Positions 37,839-48,085 of a stretch of DNA of 64,000 nucleotides are shown piece by piece; positions within the stretch are counted from its first letter, which is position 1, and the number at the start of each line of letters is the position of its first letter. A model generated the notes under the pieces. The model made no database searches. It had not been told where the DNA came from and saw only the letters and a list, made by a program, of their open reading frames with translations. The stretch is from positions 186,001-250,000 of the forward strand of contig WELA01002708.1 of NCBI GenBank assembly GCA_009602735.1, in the 5' to 3' direction. The position numbers and the translations under genes were made by a program. Origin of the DNA: Mesotaenium endlicherianum (Eukaryota).

Positions 37839-38753
37839 ATGCAACACAGTTCACATATACTCATGATCAAACCGGTGTGTTTCGATTTCAATACCGAAAC
37901 AGCTGTGAACAATAGTTTCCAGGTACAATCGAACGACGAAACATTACAGGAAAAAGCGGCTGCAGAGTTCGACCATTTTACCAACCTGTTGCTGGACAAT
38001 GGTATTGAACTGACTATTGTGCATGACACACCCGAACCGCATACGCCAGATTCTATTTTCCCCAATAACTGGATCTCTTTTCATACCAACGGCACCATCT
38101 GCCTCTACCCCATGTTTGCTGTGAACCGCAGGCAGGAAAGAAAACAACAAGTACTCGACCGCATCAACGAGCAATTCAAAGTGGCGGGTATAGTAGACCT
38201 CACTGGTTATGAAAACAATGGGCTTTTTTTAGAAGGTACCGGCAGCATGGTGCTCGACCGGGATCATGCCATTGCTTATGCCTGCCTCTCGCCCCGCACG
38301 AATGCTATTGTGCTGGACGACTGGTGCAAACGTTTCGGATACAGGGCTGTTCGTTTTACCGCAACCGATGCCAAAGGTATTCCCATCTATCATACCAACG
38401 TAATGATGTGTGTGGCGGATGTTTATGCAGTGATCTGTTTGGAAAGTATTGCCAGCAACACAGAAAAGCAACAAGTGGTGCAAGCTTTACAAAGCAGCGG
38501 CAAAGAGATCATCGATATCAGCTTTGAACAGATGAATCGTTTTGCGGGGAATATGCTACAGGTACACAACAAGTACGGTCAGCATTTCCTGGTGATGTCG
38601 TCACAGGCTTTTCATAGCTTAACAAAAGAACAGGTACAAAAACTGGAATCGTTCAATCCCATCCTGCATGCCGATATTACTACCATTGAAACCAATGGCG
38701 GTGGCAGCGCCCGTTGTATGATGGCCGAAGTTTTTCTTCCTACAAAAAGCTGA
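37839..38753 (+). CDS. Amidinotransferase family / citrulline-utilisation hydrolase (CtlX-like)
   Basis: TPDSIFPNNW, LEGTGSMVLD, IYHTNVMM, GGGSARCM. Confidence 0.88.
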   Translation: MQHSSHILMIKPVCFDFNTETAVNNSFQVQSNDETLQEKAAAEFDHFTNLLLDNGIELTIVHDTPEPHTPDSIFPNNWISFHTNGTICLYPMFAVNRRQERKQQVLDRINEQFKVAGIVDLTGYENNGLFLEGTGSMVLDRDHAIAYACLSPRTNAIVLDDWCKRFGYRAVRFTATDAKGIPIYHTNVMMCVADVYAVICLESIASNTEKQQVVQALQSSGKEIIDISFEQMNRFAGNMLQVHNKYGQHFLVMSSQAFHSLTKEQVQKLESFNPILHADITTIETNGGGSARCMMAEVFLPTKS

Positions 38754-39621
38754 GCTTTACGCCTTCTTCAAAATCAACCGGCGCATAACCTAATTCGCGG
38801 ATGGCTTTGCTGATCTTCAATCCCGAGCGTTTGGCCCTGCGCACCGGCTCGGGGAAAGTATCGGAAGTAACGGGTTGGATCAACGCACTGTTGAGCCCCA
38901 ATGTCTTTGCCACAGTAAGCGCCATCTCATAAGGCGATACAATGTTCTTACCGGCCAGGTGGTACACACCTCTTGTATGATGTTCTATGATCTGCGTAAT
39001 ACCCAGACAGAGATCGCCCACATAAGTCGGCGTACGTTGTTGATCGGTTACTACTTTAATGGCCTTGCCTTGTTCCAGGTTGTTCTTCACCCAGTGTAAA
39101 AAACTGGGACGCATACCTTCGAGACATTTGCCATAAATGAAGACCGGTCGCACAATACAGTGATCCAATACACTTTGTTGCAGCAGTTGTTCTGCCCGCA
39201 ACTTGCTTTCTCCATAGAAATTCAACGGTCCGGGTTCATCGTCTTCACTATGAGGGCCATCTTCCCCAAAAATGAAATCCGTAGAAATATATACAAAATG
39301 CGAATTTGTATTTTTAGCCGCATCTGCCAGGTAACGGGTAGCTTCTACATTGTATGCAAGGCATTTTTCAGTATCTGCATTGCACTCATCGGGTTTGCTC
39401 AACGCCGCAGTATGTACGATGGCATCGGGCATCAAATCGCGAATTATTTGCGTTACTGTACGAACATCCGTTAGTTCCAGTGAATGGTAACAAATATTTT
39501 TCACGGGTGAAAACCTGCTCTCTCCCCGTGAGAGTGCATGCACTTCAAACCCTTTACCAGCAAGGGATAGCGACAAATGCCGACCTAAAAATCCGTTAGA
39601 ACCCGTTACAATTATTTTCAT
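38740..39621 (-). CDS. Extended SDR, dTDP-4-dehydrorhamnose reductase-like
   Basis: TGSNGFLG, ISTDFIF, YGESK, DQQRTPT. Confidence 0.85.
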   Translation of the reverse strand: MKIIVTGSNGFLGRHLSLSLAGKGFEVHALSRGESRFSPVKNICYHSLELTDVRTVTQIIRDLMPDAIVHTAALSKPDECNADTEKCLAYNVEATRYLADAAKNTNSHFVYISTDFIFGEDGPHSEDDEPGPLNFYGESKLRAEQLLQQSVLDHCIVRPVFIYGKCLEGMRPSFLHWVKNNLEQGKAIKVVTDQQRTPTYVGDLCLGITQIIEHHTRGVYHLAGKNIVSPYEMALTVAKTLGLNSALIQPVTSDTFPEPVRRAKRSGLKISKAIRELGYAPVDFEEGVKLSFL

Positions 39622-39683
39622 TTTACAAGATTACTAATAATATGCAATTCACTATCCGAACTTGGCATTTACTATCAAATGCT

Positions 39684-39691
39684 TATTTTTG
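39684..39691 (+). promoter_or_regulatory. -7 promoter element (TATTTTTG) upstream of pfkA-pyk
   Basis: TAnnTTTG with TTG about 20 nt upstream. Confidence 0.55.
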
Positions 39692-39781
39692 AAACTCCGT
39701 GTAGCAAGTACACTTTTAGTGGTTACAGGAACAAATATCAAAACCCATTAGTCGCATTAAAGAAGAATCGCATATCTAAAA

Positions 39782-40768
39782 ATGTCTGCAAGAAAAGTTA
39801 CTAAGATTGGCGTACTGACCTCAGGAGGAGACGCCCCGGGTATGAATGCAGCCGTGAGAGCTGTAGTCAGAACCGGTATTTATCATGGATTGGAAGTGTT
39901 CGGAATCATACGCGGTTACAGCGGAATGATAGATGACGACATTATCCCCATGGATTCCCGTTCTGTTGCCAATATCATCCAACGCGGCGGAACCATTCTC
40001 AAAACAGCCCGGTGCAAAGAATTTTTTGAACACGAAGGCCGTAAAAAAGCCTTTGAGAACCTCAAGAAAAAAGGGATTGACGGATTGGTGATCATTGGCG
40101 GCGATGGCAGTTTCCGTGGCGCGCAAAAGTTCAGCAACGAATTCGATATACCCTGTATTGGTTTGCCCGGCACCATTGATAAAGATATTGCCGGTACCGA
40201 TTTTACCATTGGATTCGACACAGCGGTAAATACGGCCGTGGATGCCATTGACAAGATCAGGGATACTGCCGACGCGCACGACCGTTTATTCATTGTGGAA
40301 GTGATGGGCCGCGATGCCGGTTATATTGCGTTGCATAGTGGTATCGCTACAGGCGCTGAGAATATCCTCATTCCTGAGAGCAAGACCGATATGGAAGAAC
40401 TGGTCCATTCGCTCACCGAAAAAGAAAAGCGAAAGAAACTCGTGAACCTGGTGGTGGTAGCCGAAGGCGATGAATTCGGTGGCGCCAATGAAGTGGCGGC
40501 CGTTATCAAAAAGCGCATACCTCAAGCCGATGTACGGGTTTGTATCCTGGGCCATATCCAGCGTGGCGGCTCTCCTACCTGTCTCGACAGGCTCATTGCC
40601 AGCCGCATGGGCTATCATGCAGTGGAATGCCTGCTCACCGGCAAGCACAATGTAATGGTAGGCATCGTAAACAACAACCTGTATTATACACCGCTTGACA
40701 ATGCCATCAAGGCCAAACAAAAAATATCGGAAGAATGGCTGAAGATCGTGAAGATACTCGCCAGCTAA
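39782..40768 (+). CDS. pfkA: ATP-dependent 6-phosphofructokinase
   Basis: LTSGGDAPGMN, GGDGS, PGTIDKD, EVMGR, LGHIQRGG. Confidence 0.97.
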   Translation: MSARKVTKIGVLTSGGDAPGMNAAVRAVVRTGIYHGLEVFGIIRGYSGMIDDDIIPMDSRSVANIIQRGGTILKTARCKEFFEHEGRKKAFENLKKKGIDGLVIIGGDGSFRGAQKFSNEFDIPCIGLPGTIDKDIAGTDFTIGFDTAVNTAVDAIDKIRDTADAHDRLFIVEVMGRDAGYIALHSGIATGAENILIPESKTDMEELVHSLTEKEKRKKLVNLVVVAEGDEFGGANEVAAVIKKRIPQADVRVCILGHIQRGGSPTCLDRLIASRMGYHAVECLLTGKHNVMVGIVNNNLYYTPLDNAIKAKQKISEEWLKIVKILAS

Positions 40769-40807
40769 ACACTAACCCATTTATTTCACCCCCCAACTGA
40801 ATAAAAA

Positions 40808-42298
40808 ATGTCAAAGAATATAGATAAGTACCTGCACAAGGATATGAACAAAGAAGCGGGTATCGACCATGTAAACCATCGTACCAAGATCGTAGCTACC
40901 GTGGGTCCCGCTTGCGATACATACGAAAAACTGCTTGAATTGGTACAGGCAGGTGTGAATGTTTTCAGGCTCAACTTCTCGCATGGCAGTCATGAAGACA
41001 AGGCGCGCATCATTGAACATATCCGCAACATCAACAAAACCCAGCCTTATAATATTTCCATCCTGGCCGATTTGCAGGGCCCCAAGCTCCGTGTAGGTGA
41101 GATCTTAAACAACGCGTTGGAAGTGAAAGTGGGCGATATCCTCACATTCACCAATGAAAAATGTATCGGCACGCTGGAGAAGATCTATGTTTCTTATCCC
41201 AACCTGGCCGGCGACGTAACAATCGGCAACATCATCCTGATAGACGATGGCAAACTGGAAGTGAAAGTAGTGAGCATTGAAAAGAACGGCGATGTAAAAG
41301 TAGTGGTAACGCTGGGCGGTATCCTTTCTTCCAAGAAAGGGATCAACCTTCCTGATACCAAAATCTCTTTGCCTGCGTTGACCGAGAAAGACCTGGCTGA
41401 CCTGGAATTCATCATTGAACAAAAATGCGACTGGGTAGCGTTGAGTTTTGTACGCAGTGTGAACGATATTGTTGACCTGAAGAGAAGACTCAGGGAGAAA
41501 CAAAGCAAGAGCAAGATTATTGCTAAAATTGAAAAACCCGAAGCACTCACCAATATCCGTGACATCATTGTAGAAAGCGATGGTATCATGGTGGCCCGTG
41601 GCGACCTGGGTGTGGAACTGCCCGTAGAGCGTATTCCGCTGATCCAGAAAGAACTGATCCGTAAATGCCTCCACCGCGCCAAGCCGGTGATTGTGGCTAC
41701 ACAGATGATGGAAAGCATGATCGACCGCGTAAAACCCAACCGCAGTGAGATCACCGACGTGGCCAATGCCGTACTGGAAGGTGCCGATGCGGTGATGTTG
41801 AGCGGTGAGACCGCTACCGGCCAGCACCCTGCACTGGTAGTACAAACCATGCGCAAGATCATCATGGAAGTAGAAAGCAAAGAATACCGTTACAACCGTT
41901 CGGAAGACCTGAAACCGCAACCCCACTCTCCTTCTTTCCACAGCGATGCCGTTTGCTACAATGCCTGTAAGATCTCTGAAGACGTGCAAGCCAAAGCATT
42001 GATTGGTATGACGCAGAGTGGTTATACCGCCTTCATGCTGAGCAGCTATCGCCCATCTTCTCCGCTGTATATCTTCACCAAGGAAAAAACACTGGTGAAC
42101 CAACTGAGCCTCAGTTGGGGTGTACGTGCTTTCTATTATGCAGAAGAAGACAGCCTGGACGATATCATTTTTGACCAGATCAATATCCTCAAAGAGCGTG
42201 GTTTTGTCAATACCAATGATGTGGTGGTGAATACTGGAAGCACGCCGGTGCACCTGCACCTTCCTACCAATATCATCAAGATAACCAAAGCAGAATAA
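40808..42298 (+). CDS. pyk: Pyruvate kinase
   Basis: RTKIVATVGP, RLNFSHG, DLQGPKLR, MVARGDLG, ATQMMESM. Confidence 0.97.
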   Translation: MSKNIDKYLHKDMNKEAGIDHVNHRTKIVATVGPACDTYEKLLELVQAGVNVFRLNFSHGSHEDKARIIEHIRNINKTQPYNISILADLQGPKLRVGEILNNALEVKVGDILTFTNEKCIGTLEKIYVSYPNLAGDVTIGNIILIDDGKLEVKVVSIEKNGDVKVVVTLGGILSSKKGINLPDTKISLPALTEKDLADLEFIIEQKCDWVALSFVRSVNDIVDLKRRLREKQSKSKIIAKIEKPEALTNIRDIIVESDGIMVARGDLGVELPVERIPLIQKELIRKCLHRAKPVIVATQMMESMIDRVKPNRSEITDVANAVLEGADAVMLSGETATGQHPALVVQTMRKIIMEVESKEYRYNRSEDLKPQPHSPSFHSDAVCYNACKISEDVQAKALIGMTQSGYTAFMLSSYRPSSPLYIFTKEKTLVNQLSLSWGVRAFYYAEEDSLDDIIFDQINILKERGFVNTNDVVVNTGSTPVHLHLPTNIIKITKAE

Positions 42299-42315
42299 GC
42301 TGATATCATCTTATT

Positions 42316-42349
42316 AAAAAGCTCACTGTAATCACAGATGGGCTTTTTT
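42316..42349 (+). terminator. Intrinsic terminator after pyk
   Basis: AAAAAGCTCACTGT-AATC-ACAGATGGGCTTTTTT hairpin with T-run. Confidence 0.7.
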
Positions 42350-42452
42350 AATGCCATTTACACACGCAAACGATTGTGCCTTTTAATGTTTCAACTCCAG
42401 ATTGTTAGAAAGAGGCTGTACATTAGCAGCATTCTTTAACCATATTCACGTC

Positions 42453-44084
42453 ATGAAAAAAACATTGCTAGCTTTATTGATGCTTCCGCTGATGCAGTTA
42501 CAAGCACAAAGTGTAAACATCATTCCCCAACCGGCCAAGATGGAAGTTGGGCAGGGTCATTTTACGATTGATGCCAATACCAAGATCATTGTAATTGGCG
42601 CCGGGATGGAAAAATCTGCCCGTTTCCTGAATGATTACCTGCAAAAATTTTATGGGTTCAATTTAAAGGTGATCAAAGGCAAAGCTGCTTCGGGCATTGT
42701 GCTGAAGCAGGCCGCCATGACAGACGGTGTGGATGGCGCTTATACCATGAACATCGACAAAAGCGGTGTAACCATTGCCGGTCATACTGAGAATGGTACA
42801 TTTTATGGCATCCAGTCGCTCATTCAATTATTACCGCTGGAAAAAAGCAAAACATTCACTGTTCCTTTTCTCAGCATAGAAGACAGGCCCCGCTTCGCAT
42901 ACCGCGGTATGCACCTCGATGTGGGCCGTCATTTCTTCCCCGTTGATTTCATTAAAAAATACATCGACTTCATTGCCATGTACAAGCTCAACACTTTCCA
43001 CTGGCATTTAACGGAAGACCAGGGATGGCGTATTGAGATCAGGCAATATCCCCGTCTTACATCGGTGGGCGGTTTCAGGAACGGTACCATCATTGGCCGT
43101 TATCCCGGTAAAGGAAACGATGGCATCCGTCGTGGTGGTTTTTATACCCAGCAACAGGTGAAAGAAATTGTGAAATACGCGAGTGACCGTTACATCACCG
43201 TGATCCCCGAGATTGAATTGCCCGGTCACTCTTCTGCCGCTATCGCCGCTTACCCGCAACTGAGCTGCTTCCCAGATGAGTCTACCAAACATCCCGCCAA
43301 GACCGCATGGCATGGTGATTCTACCGGTAAGCAAGTGCAGCAGGTTTGGGGCGTATTCCCCGATGTGTTTGCTCCTACCGAGTATACATTCAAGTTCCTG
43401 GAAAACGTACTGGATGAAGTGATCGCTTTGTTCCCCAGCAAATACATCCATATCGGCGGCGATGAGTGCCCCAAAGAAAGCTGGAAGCGTTCTGCTTTCT
43501 GCCAGCAACTGATCAAGGAAAAAGAGTTGAAAGACGAGCATGGCCTGCAGAGTTATTTTATCCAGCGTATTGAAAAATACCTGAACAGCAAAGGAAGGCA
43601 GATCATCGGCTGGGATGAGATATTGGAAGGCGGTCTCGCGCCCAATGCCACTGTCATGAGCTGGCGCGGCGAGCAGGGCGGTATTGAAGCTGCCAGGCAA
43701 AAACACAATGTGATCATGACGCCCGGCGGATGGATGTATTTCGACCATTCTCAGGATAAGAAAGAAGACTCTGTTACCATCGGCGGATATACCACCGTTC
43801 AGAAAGTGTACAGCTATGAGCCCATACCCAAAGAGTTGTCGGCCGAAGATGCAAAATATGTATTGGGTGCACAGGCGAATATATGGACTGAGTACATGAA
43901 CAATGTATCCAAAGTAGAGTACATGATCTTCCCGCGCATGAGCGCCCTGAGTGAAGTGCTCTGGAGCCAGCAATCACAGCGCAACTGGAATCGGTTCGAT
44001 CAGAAACTGCGCGCCGAGTTCAAGCGTTACGACTGGTGGAAAGTGAATTACAGCAAGGCTTATTTCGATCCTGCTAATAACTAA
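42453..44084 (+). CDS. Beta-N-acetylhexosaminidase (GH20)
   Basis: Signal peptide; RGMHLDVGRHF, FHWHLTEDQGWR, HIGGDE catalytic motif. Confidence 0.95.
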   Translation: MKKTLLALLMLPLMQLQAQSVNIIPQPAKMEVGQGHFTIDANTKIIVIGAGMEKSARFLNDYLQKFYGFNLKVIKGKAASGIVLKQAAMTDGVDGAYTMNIDKSGVTIAGHTENGTFYGIQSLIQLLPLEKSKTFTVPFLSIEDRPRFAYRGMHLDVGRHFFPVDFIKKYIDFIAMYKLNTFHWHLTEDQGWRIEIRQYPRLTSVGGFRNGTIIGRYPGKGNDGIRRGGFYTQQQVKEIVKYASDRYITVIPEIELPGHSSAAIAAYPQLSCFPDESTKHPAKTAWHGDSTGKQVQQVWGVFPDVFAPTEYTFKFLENVLDEVIALFPSKYIHIGGDECPKESWKRSAFCQQLIKEKELKDEHGLQSYFIQRIEKYLNSKGRQIIGWDEILEGGLAPNATVMSWRGEQGGIEAARQKHNVIMTPGGWMYFDHSQDKKEDSVTIGGYTTVQKVYSYEPIPKELSAEDAKYVLGAQANIWTEYMNNVSKVEYMIFPRMSALSEVLWSQQSQRNWNRFDQKLRAEFKRYDWWKVNYSKAYFDPANN

Positions 44085-44169
44085 CACCAAATCATTTCTT
44101 TTCTATCTTCAAAAGAGCGTGTACTTTAGCGAACCGTAAAAAACACTACACTACAAACACCTCACTAAC

Positions 44170-46068
44170 ATGGTTGATTCATTCGAAAAAATCGCGGTTG
44201 CCATTTACCCCAGTTCCAAAGATGGTTCGCGTTACGTTGCGCAGCAGATCGCTCAGCTCATCCGCGAGAAGCAAAAAAACAACCAGCTTTGCGTGCTGGG
44301 TCTCGCTACCGGCTCCACCCCCATCAGCATGTATGCCGAATTGGTTCGCCTGCACCGCGAAGAAGGGTTGAGTTTTAAGAATGTGGTCAGCTTCAATCTC
44401 GATGAATATTATCCTATTGAAAAAGATGCATTCCAGAGTTACTGGAGTTTTATGCATCGCCACCTGTTCAATCATGTAGACATTGACCCTGCCAATATTC
44501 ACATACCCGATGCCAACTGGCCCAAAGAAGAGATCAAAAAGCACTGCGCTTTCTATGAAGAAGCTATTGAAAAACTCGGAGGTGTAGACCTGCAAATATT
44601 GGGTATCGGTAACAACGGACACATTGGTTTCAACGAGCCCGGTTCCAGCATCTATTCCAAAACCAGGCTGGTTAATCTCGATAACGGCACGCGTTTGGCC
44701 AATGCTTACGAATTCCAGAACATGTCTAAAGTGCCCAGGCTGGCCATCACCATGGGCATCAGCACCATCCTCAAAGCCAAGCGCATTTTACTGATGGCAT
44801 GGGGTATGAAAAGCGCCATCGTAGCCAAAGCAGTAGAAGGACATGTGACCGAGCAGGTGCCCGCAAGCATTCTGCAACAACATGGCGATTGCACATTTGT
44901 GATTGATGAACCTGCTGCGCAGGAATTGACCCGCATCAAATATCCCTGGCTCGCAGGTGAAATCGAATGGACTTCGCAGATGATCAAAAAAGCGGTAGTG
45001 AACCTGGGTCTCAAGTTGAAAAAATCTGTATTGAGTTTAACCGCTCACGACTATAACGAGCACGGCCTTTCTGATCTGCTGGTTGAAAAAGGCGATTCCT
45101 ATGAGATCAACCTGCAGGTATTCTATATGTTGCGCGACAGCCTCACAGGCTGGCCTGGAGGCAAGCCTGGTGTAGTGTTACCCACGCATCCGGAAAGAAG
45201 CGAACCTTATCCTAAAAAATGCCTCATCTTCTCCCCGCACCCCGATGATGATATCATTAGCATGGGAGGTACGTTCATGCGCCTGCACGACCAGGGGCAT
45301 GAGGTACACGTAGCTTACCAGACCAGCGGTAACATTGCGGTGACCGATGAATTCGTTACCCGTTTCCTCGATTTTGCAGTTGGTTTTGAAGATATGTTTG
45401 GTATCGATAACAACAAGAGCCAGCAAATACTTTCAGCGGCACGTACCTTCCTGGCATCTAAGAAAAAAGACGAATCCGACACTTCTGAAATACGCGCCAT
45501 CAAAGGGTTGATCCGCCGTTGCGAAGCCAAAGCTACCTGCCGCTATGTAGGTCTTACTGATGACCGTTGTCATTTCATGAACCTGCCTTTCTATGAAACA
45601 GGTACTGTAGAGAAAAAACCCATGAGCGAAACAGATGTACAGATCACCATGGAGTTGCTGCGCAAATTAAAACCGCACCAGATCTATTGTGCGGGCGATC
45701 TGGCCGACCCGCATGGCACGCACAAAGTTTGTCTCGATATTATTTTTGAAAGCATGCACCGCCTCAAAGCTGCCGGCGAATCCTGGATAAAAGATTGCTG
45801 GGTATGGTTGTACAAAGGCGCATGGCAGGAATGGGATATTTCAGAAATAGAGATGGCCATTCCTATGAGTCCCGACCAGGTAATGAAAAAACGTTTTGGC
45901 ATCTTCATTCACCAGTCGCAGAAAGACATGGTTCCCTTCCAGGGTACCGACAGCCGCGAATTCTGGCAAAGAGCGGAAGACCGGAATGCCAATACCGCCA
46001 ACCTCTACGCTGAATTGGGCATGACCAAGTATGCGGCGATGGAAGCTTTCGTTAGATGGCATTATTAG
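44170..46068 (+). CDS. nagB: Glucosamine-6-phosphate deaminase fused to PIG-L-like deacetylase domain
   Basis: LGLATGSTP, FNLDEY, GIGNNGHIGFNEPG; C-terminal SPHPDDD and DPHGTH. Confidence 0.93.
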   Translation: MVDSFEKIAVAIYPSSKDGSRYVAQQIAQLIREKQKNNQLCVLGLATGSTPISMYAELVRLHREEGLSFKNVVSFNLDEYYPIEKDAFQSYWSFMHRHLFNHVDIDPANIHIPDANWPKEEIKKHCAFYEEAIEKLGGVDLQILGIGNNGHIGFNEPGSSIYSKTRLVNLDNGTRLANAYEFQNMSKVPRLAITMGISTILKAKRILLMAWGMKSAIVAKAVEGHVTEQVPASILQQHGDCTFVIDEPAAQELTRIKYPWLAGEIEWTSQMIKKAVVNLGLKLKKSVLSLTAHDYNEHGLSDLLVEKGDSYEINLQVFYMLRDSLTGWPGGKPGVVLPTHPERSEPYPKKCLIFSPHPDDDIISMGGTFMRLHDQGHEVHVAYQTSGNIAVTDEFVTRFLDFAVGFEDMFGIDNNKSQQILSAARTFLASKKKDESDTSEIRAIKGLIRRCEAKATCRYVGLTDDRCHFMNLPFYETGTVEKKPMSETDVQITMELLRKLKPHQIYCAGDLADPHGTHKVCLDIIFESMHRLKAAGESWIKDCWVWLYKGAWQEWDISEIEMAIPMSPDQVMKKRFGIFIHQSQKDMVPFQGTDSREFWQRAEDRNANTANLYAELGMTKYAAMEAFVRWHY

Positions 46069-46140
46069 ATGTTAGATGACAGTTGTTAGTTGTTAGAATT
46101 ATTCCCTATCTAACAACTAACAACTGTCATCTAACAACTC
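46066..46140. repeat. Heptamer-built inverted repeat, copy D
   Basis: Perfect 28-bp arms TGTTAGATGACAGTTGTTAGTTGTTAGA (46070-46097) / 46109-46136; heptamer array starts at the nagB TAG. Confidence 0.9.
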
Positions 46141-46145
46141 TTACG

Positions 46146-46153
46146 TACTTTTG
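46146..46153 (+). promoter_or_regulatory. -7 promoter element (TACTTTTG)
   Basis: TAnnTTTG 4 nt before ATG 46158. Confidence 0.6.
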
Positions 46154-46157
46154 TCCG

Positions 46158-46835
46158 ATGCAGACACCCGAGGTCAATACGTATGTTCCTATTGCTGAAG
46201 TAAAGAAAAATGAAATGCAGGTCCTGACCTGGGATGAAGCCTGGCGCAATAAGAGTTTCCGGATCAAAACCATTGTTGGTGGTATGTTGCTGGTGATGCT
46301 GCTGGCTTTGTTCCCACTTTTCTTTTCTTATGTTGAAAAGCGGCAGGGTATCCAGTTGAATGATTTCATTCTACAGCAAATACCGGTAGCGGATGTTTCG
46401 ATGATCACTTTCATCATTATCTGGTCTGTGAGTATCCTTTTGCTGATCAGGTGCGTACAGCGGGCCGATATTTTCCTGGTGATGTTGTGGTCATTCCTTT
46501 TTTTATGCCTTGCACGTGTGCTCACTATTACATTGGTGCCATTGTCGCCACCGGAGGGACTGATCGTTTTGAAAGACCCGCTCACCAGTATTTTTTATGG
46601 CGGTGCCGATAAATTCATCACCAAAGACCTCTTCTTTTCCGGTCATACTTCTATCCAATTCCTCATTTTCCTCAGTGTGAAAAAGAAGATAGACAAGATC
46701 ATCACCCTCACAGCTACTATTGCAGTGGCTTGCCTGGTGCTGATACAGCATGTGCATTATACCATTGATGTGCTGGCTGCTTTTATTTTCACGTATATCA
46801 TTTACCGGATGGGTAAGCTGGTAACCGGTTGTTAG
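46158..46835 (+). CDS. Sphingomyelin-synthase-like / PAP2-superfamily membrane phosphotransferase
   Basis: Multi-TM; DLFFSGHT and HVHYTIDV match SMS-family D3/D4 motifs. Confidence 0.8.
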   Translation: MQTPEVNTYVPIAEVKKNEMQVLTWDEAWRNKSFRIKTIVGGMLLVMLLALFPLFFSYVEKRQGIQLNDFILQQIPVADVSMITFIIIWSVSILLLIRCVQRADIFLVMLWSFLFLCLARVLTITLVPLSPPEGLIVLKDPLTSIFYGGADKFITKDLFFSGHTSIQFLIFLSVKKKIDKIITLTATIAVACLVLIQHVHYTIDVLAAFIFTYIIYRMGKLVTGC

Positions 46836-46836
46836 A

Positions 46837-47943
46837 TCAGAAAGCTTCTCCTAACTGAAAATACAGTCCACTGTTATTGCCCTGTCCAACGCCGTAGTCG
46901 AGACGGAGGTTGAGTTTATCACTTTTCATCAGCGCAAAGCGCAGGCCGGCGCCCACTGAGTATTTGAAATCGCCGAATGAATAATCGGTGAAGCTGTTTC
47001 CCACATCACCCAAACCACCAAAGGCCACTGCTCCGAAGCGACGGTAAATAGGAAAACGATACTCACCCTGGAAAACCATCTGGTGGGTATACCTGAAACG
47101 GCCGGCATAATAACCCCTCATGCTGTTGGAACCACCGAGGAGCGCCAGGCTGCGCAGGGGCACTTCATTGCCCGTGTTACCGAAACTATACGCCTGCAAA
47201 GCCAATACATTATTACCAAAAGCAATGTACTTGCGCAGATCAATTACGATGTTGGTATAATTATAATCGGAGAAAAGGTATTTATTGAAGTGGTTGAAAT
47301 ATACTTGCGCGAACCCGCCCTTATTGGGTGCAAATGCATGGTTGCGGGTATCGTATGTGAAACTCATACCCAGTCCGGCAACTGTATACCCATTTCTACC
47401 CACAATTTGTTGCTGATCGAAAAGACCGCCGGCCTGGTGCTCCACATCGCTGAGTTGCTGGCGCTCAAACAGGCCGCCGATAAAAAAATGATGCCCTAGC
47501 TTACGCATCAGGTGGAGGTAGATATAGAATTGTTTGTACTTATACGATTCGTAATCGTTGTCTTTGGTATACTTGCCCAGTCCCCAGAATTTATCGGGAA
47601 ATGAACTGAATGAAACCTGCTCGCTTAATATATATTTTTCGTGCCTGCTGTACTGTGCACCGTTGATAGCCAGTATCAATTGTTTCTTTAAAGAATACAA
47701 TGCCAGCAGTTGCATGTTGGATGTTCTACTTATCGTATCTTTAGGATGTAAGCGAAATGTGACAGAGCCCACGGCCCCGCCAGACCAGCCTGTTTCAATG
47801 GATTTGGCAATCACTGGTAAAACAAGAAAATTCGTATGCCTGACAGAATCTTTTTGTGCAACTGCCGTAATGCAAAAGCACCAGGATAGTAAAAATACGG
47901 CAGTCAATTTGCACATAAAACAGTGTTTTGTGTCATAAAACAC
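46837..47943 (-). CDS. Omp85 (BamA/TamA-like) barrel-only outer-membrane protein
   Basis: YDTRN, LGGSNSMRGYYAGRF, RLDYG, terminal LGEAF. Confidence 0.82.
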   Translation of the reverse strand: MFYDTKHCFMCKLTAVFLLSWCFCITAVAQKDSVRHTNFLVLPVIAKSIETGWSGGAVGSVTFRLHPKDTISRTSNMQLLALYSLKKQLILAINGAQYSRHEKYILSEQVSFSSFPDKFWGLGKYTKDNDYESYKYKQFYIYLHLMRKLGHHFFIGGLFERQQLSDVEHQAGGLFDQQQIVGRNGYTVAGLGMSFTYDTRNHAFAPNKGGFAQVYFNHFNKYLFSDYNYTNIVIDLRKYIAFGNNVLALQAYSFGNTGNEVPLRSLALLGGSNSMRGYYAGRFRYTHQMVFQGEYRFPIYRRFGAVAFGGLGDVGNSFTDYSFGDFKYSVGAGLRFALMKSDKLNLRLDYGVGQGNNSGLYFQLGEAF

Positions 47944-47995
47944 GCAAAATAAACCTCTTATACATTATCTTAGAGGAATCTCTTCATAAATTGCT

Positions 47996-48003
47996 TAGAT
48001 TTG
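47996..48003 (+). promoter_or_regulatory. -7 promoter element (TAGATTTG) upstream of PhyH/SDR genes
   Basis: TAnnTTTG in the divergent intergenic region. Confidence 0.5.
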
Positions 48004-48085
48004 CGTGTTTTTTGGGTTTAGCCCTTTACAATTTTGTAATAATTAATTAACATTACACTAATATACTAACCGTAACAGCGTAAGA

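Noticed and set aside
41105..42259. 384-aa ORF antisense to pyk
   Set aside because: Shadow ORF fully opposite a canonical gene; no recognisable motifs
43008..43973. 321-aa ORF antisense to GH20 (likewise 32308-33171, 9644-10492, 29397-30128, 53883-54635)
   Set aside because: All lie opposite well-supported genes and lack motifs or promoter context
17010..46140. Heptamer repeats as a CRISPR array
   Set aside because: Copies are dispersed single palindromes without repeat-spacer periodicity, and no cas genes are present
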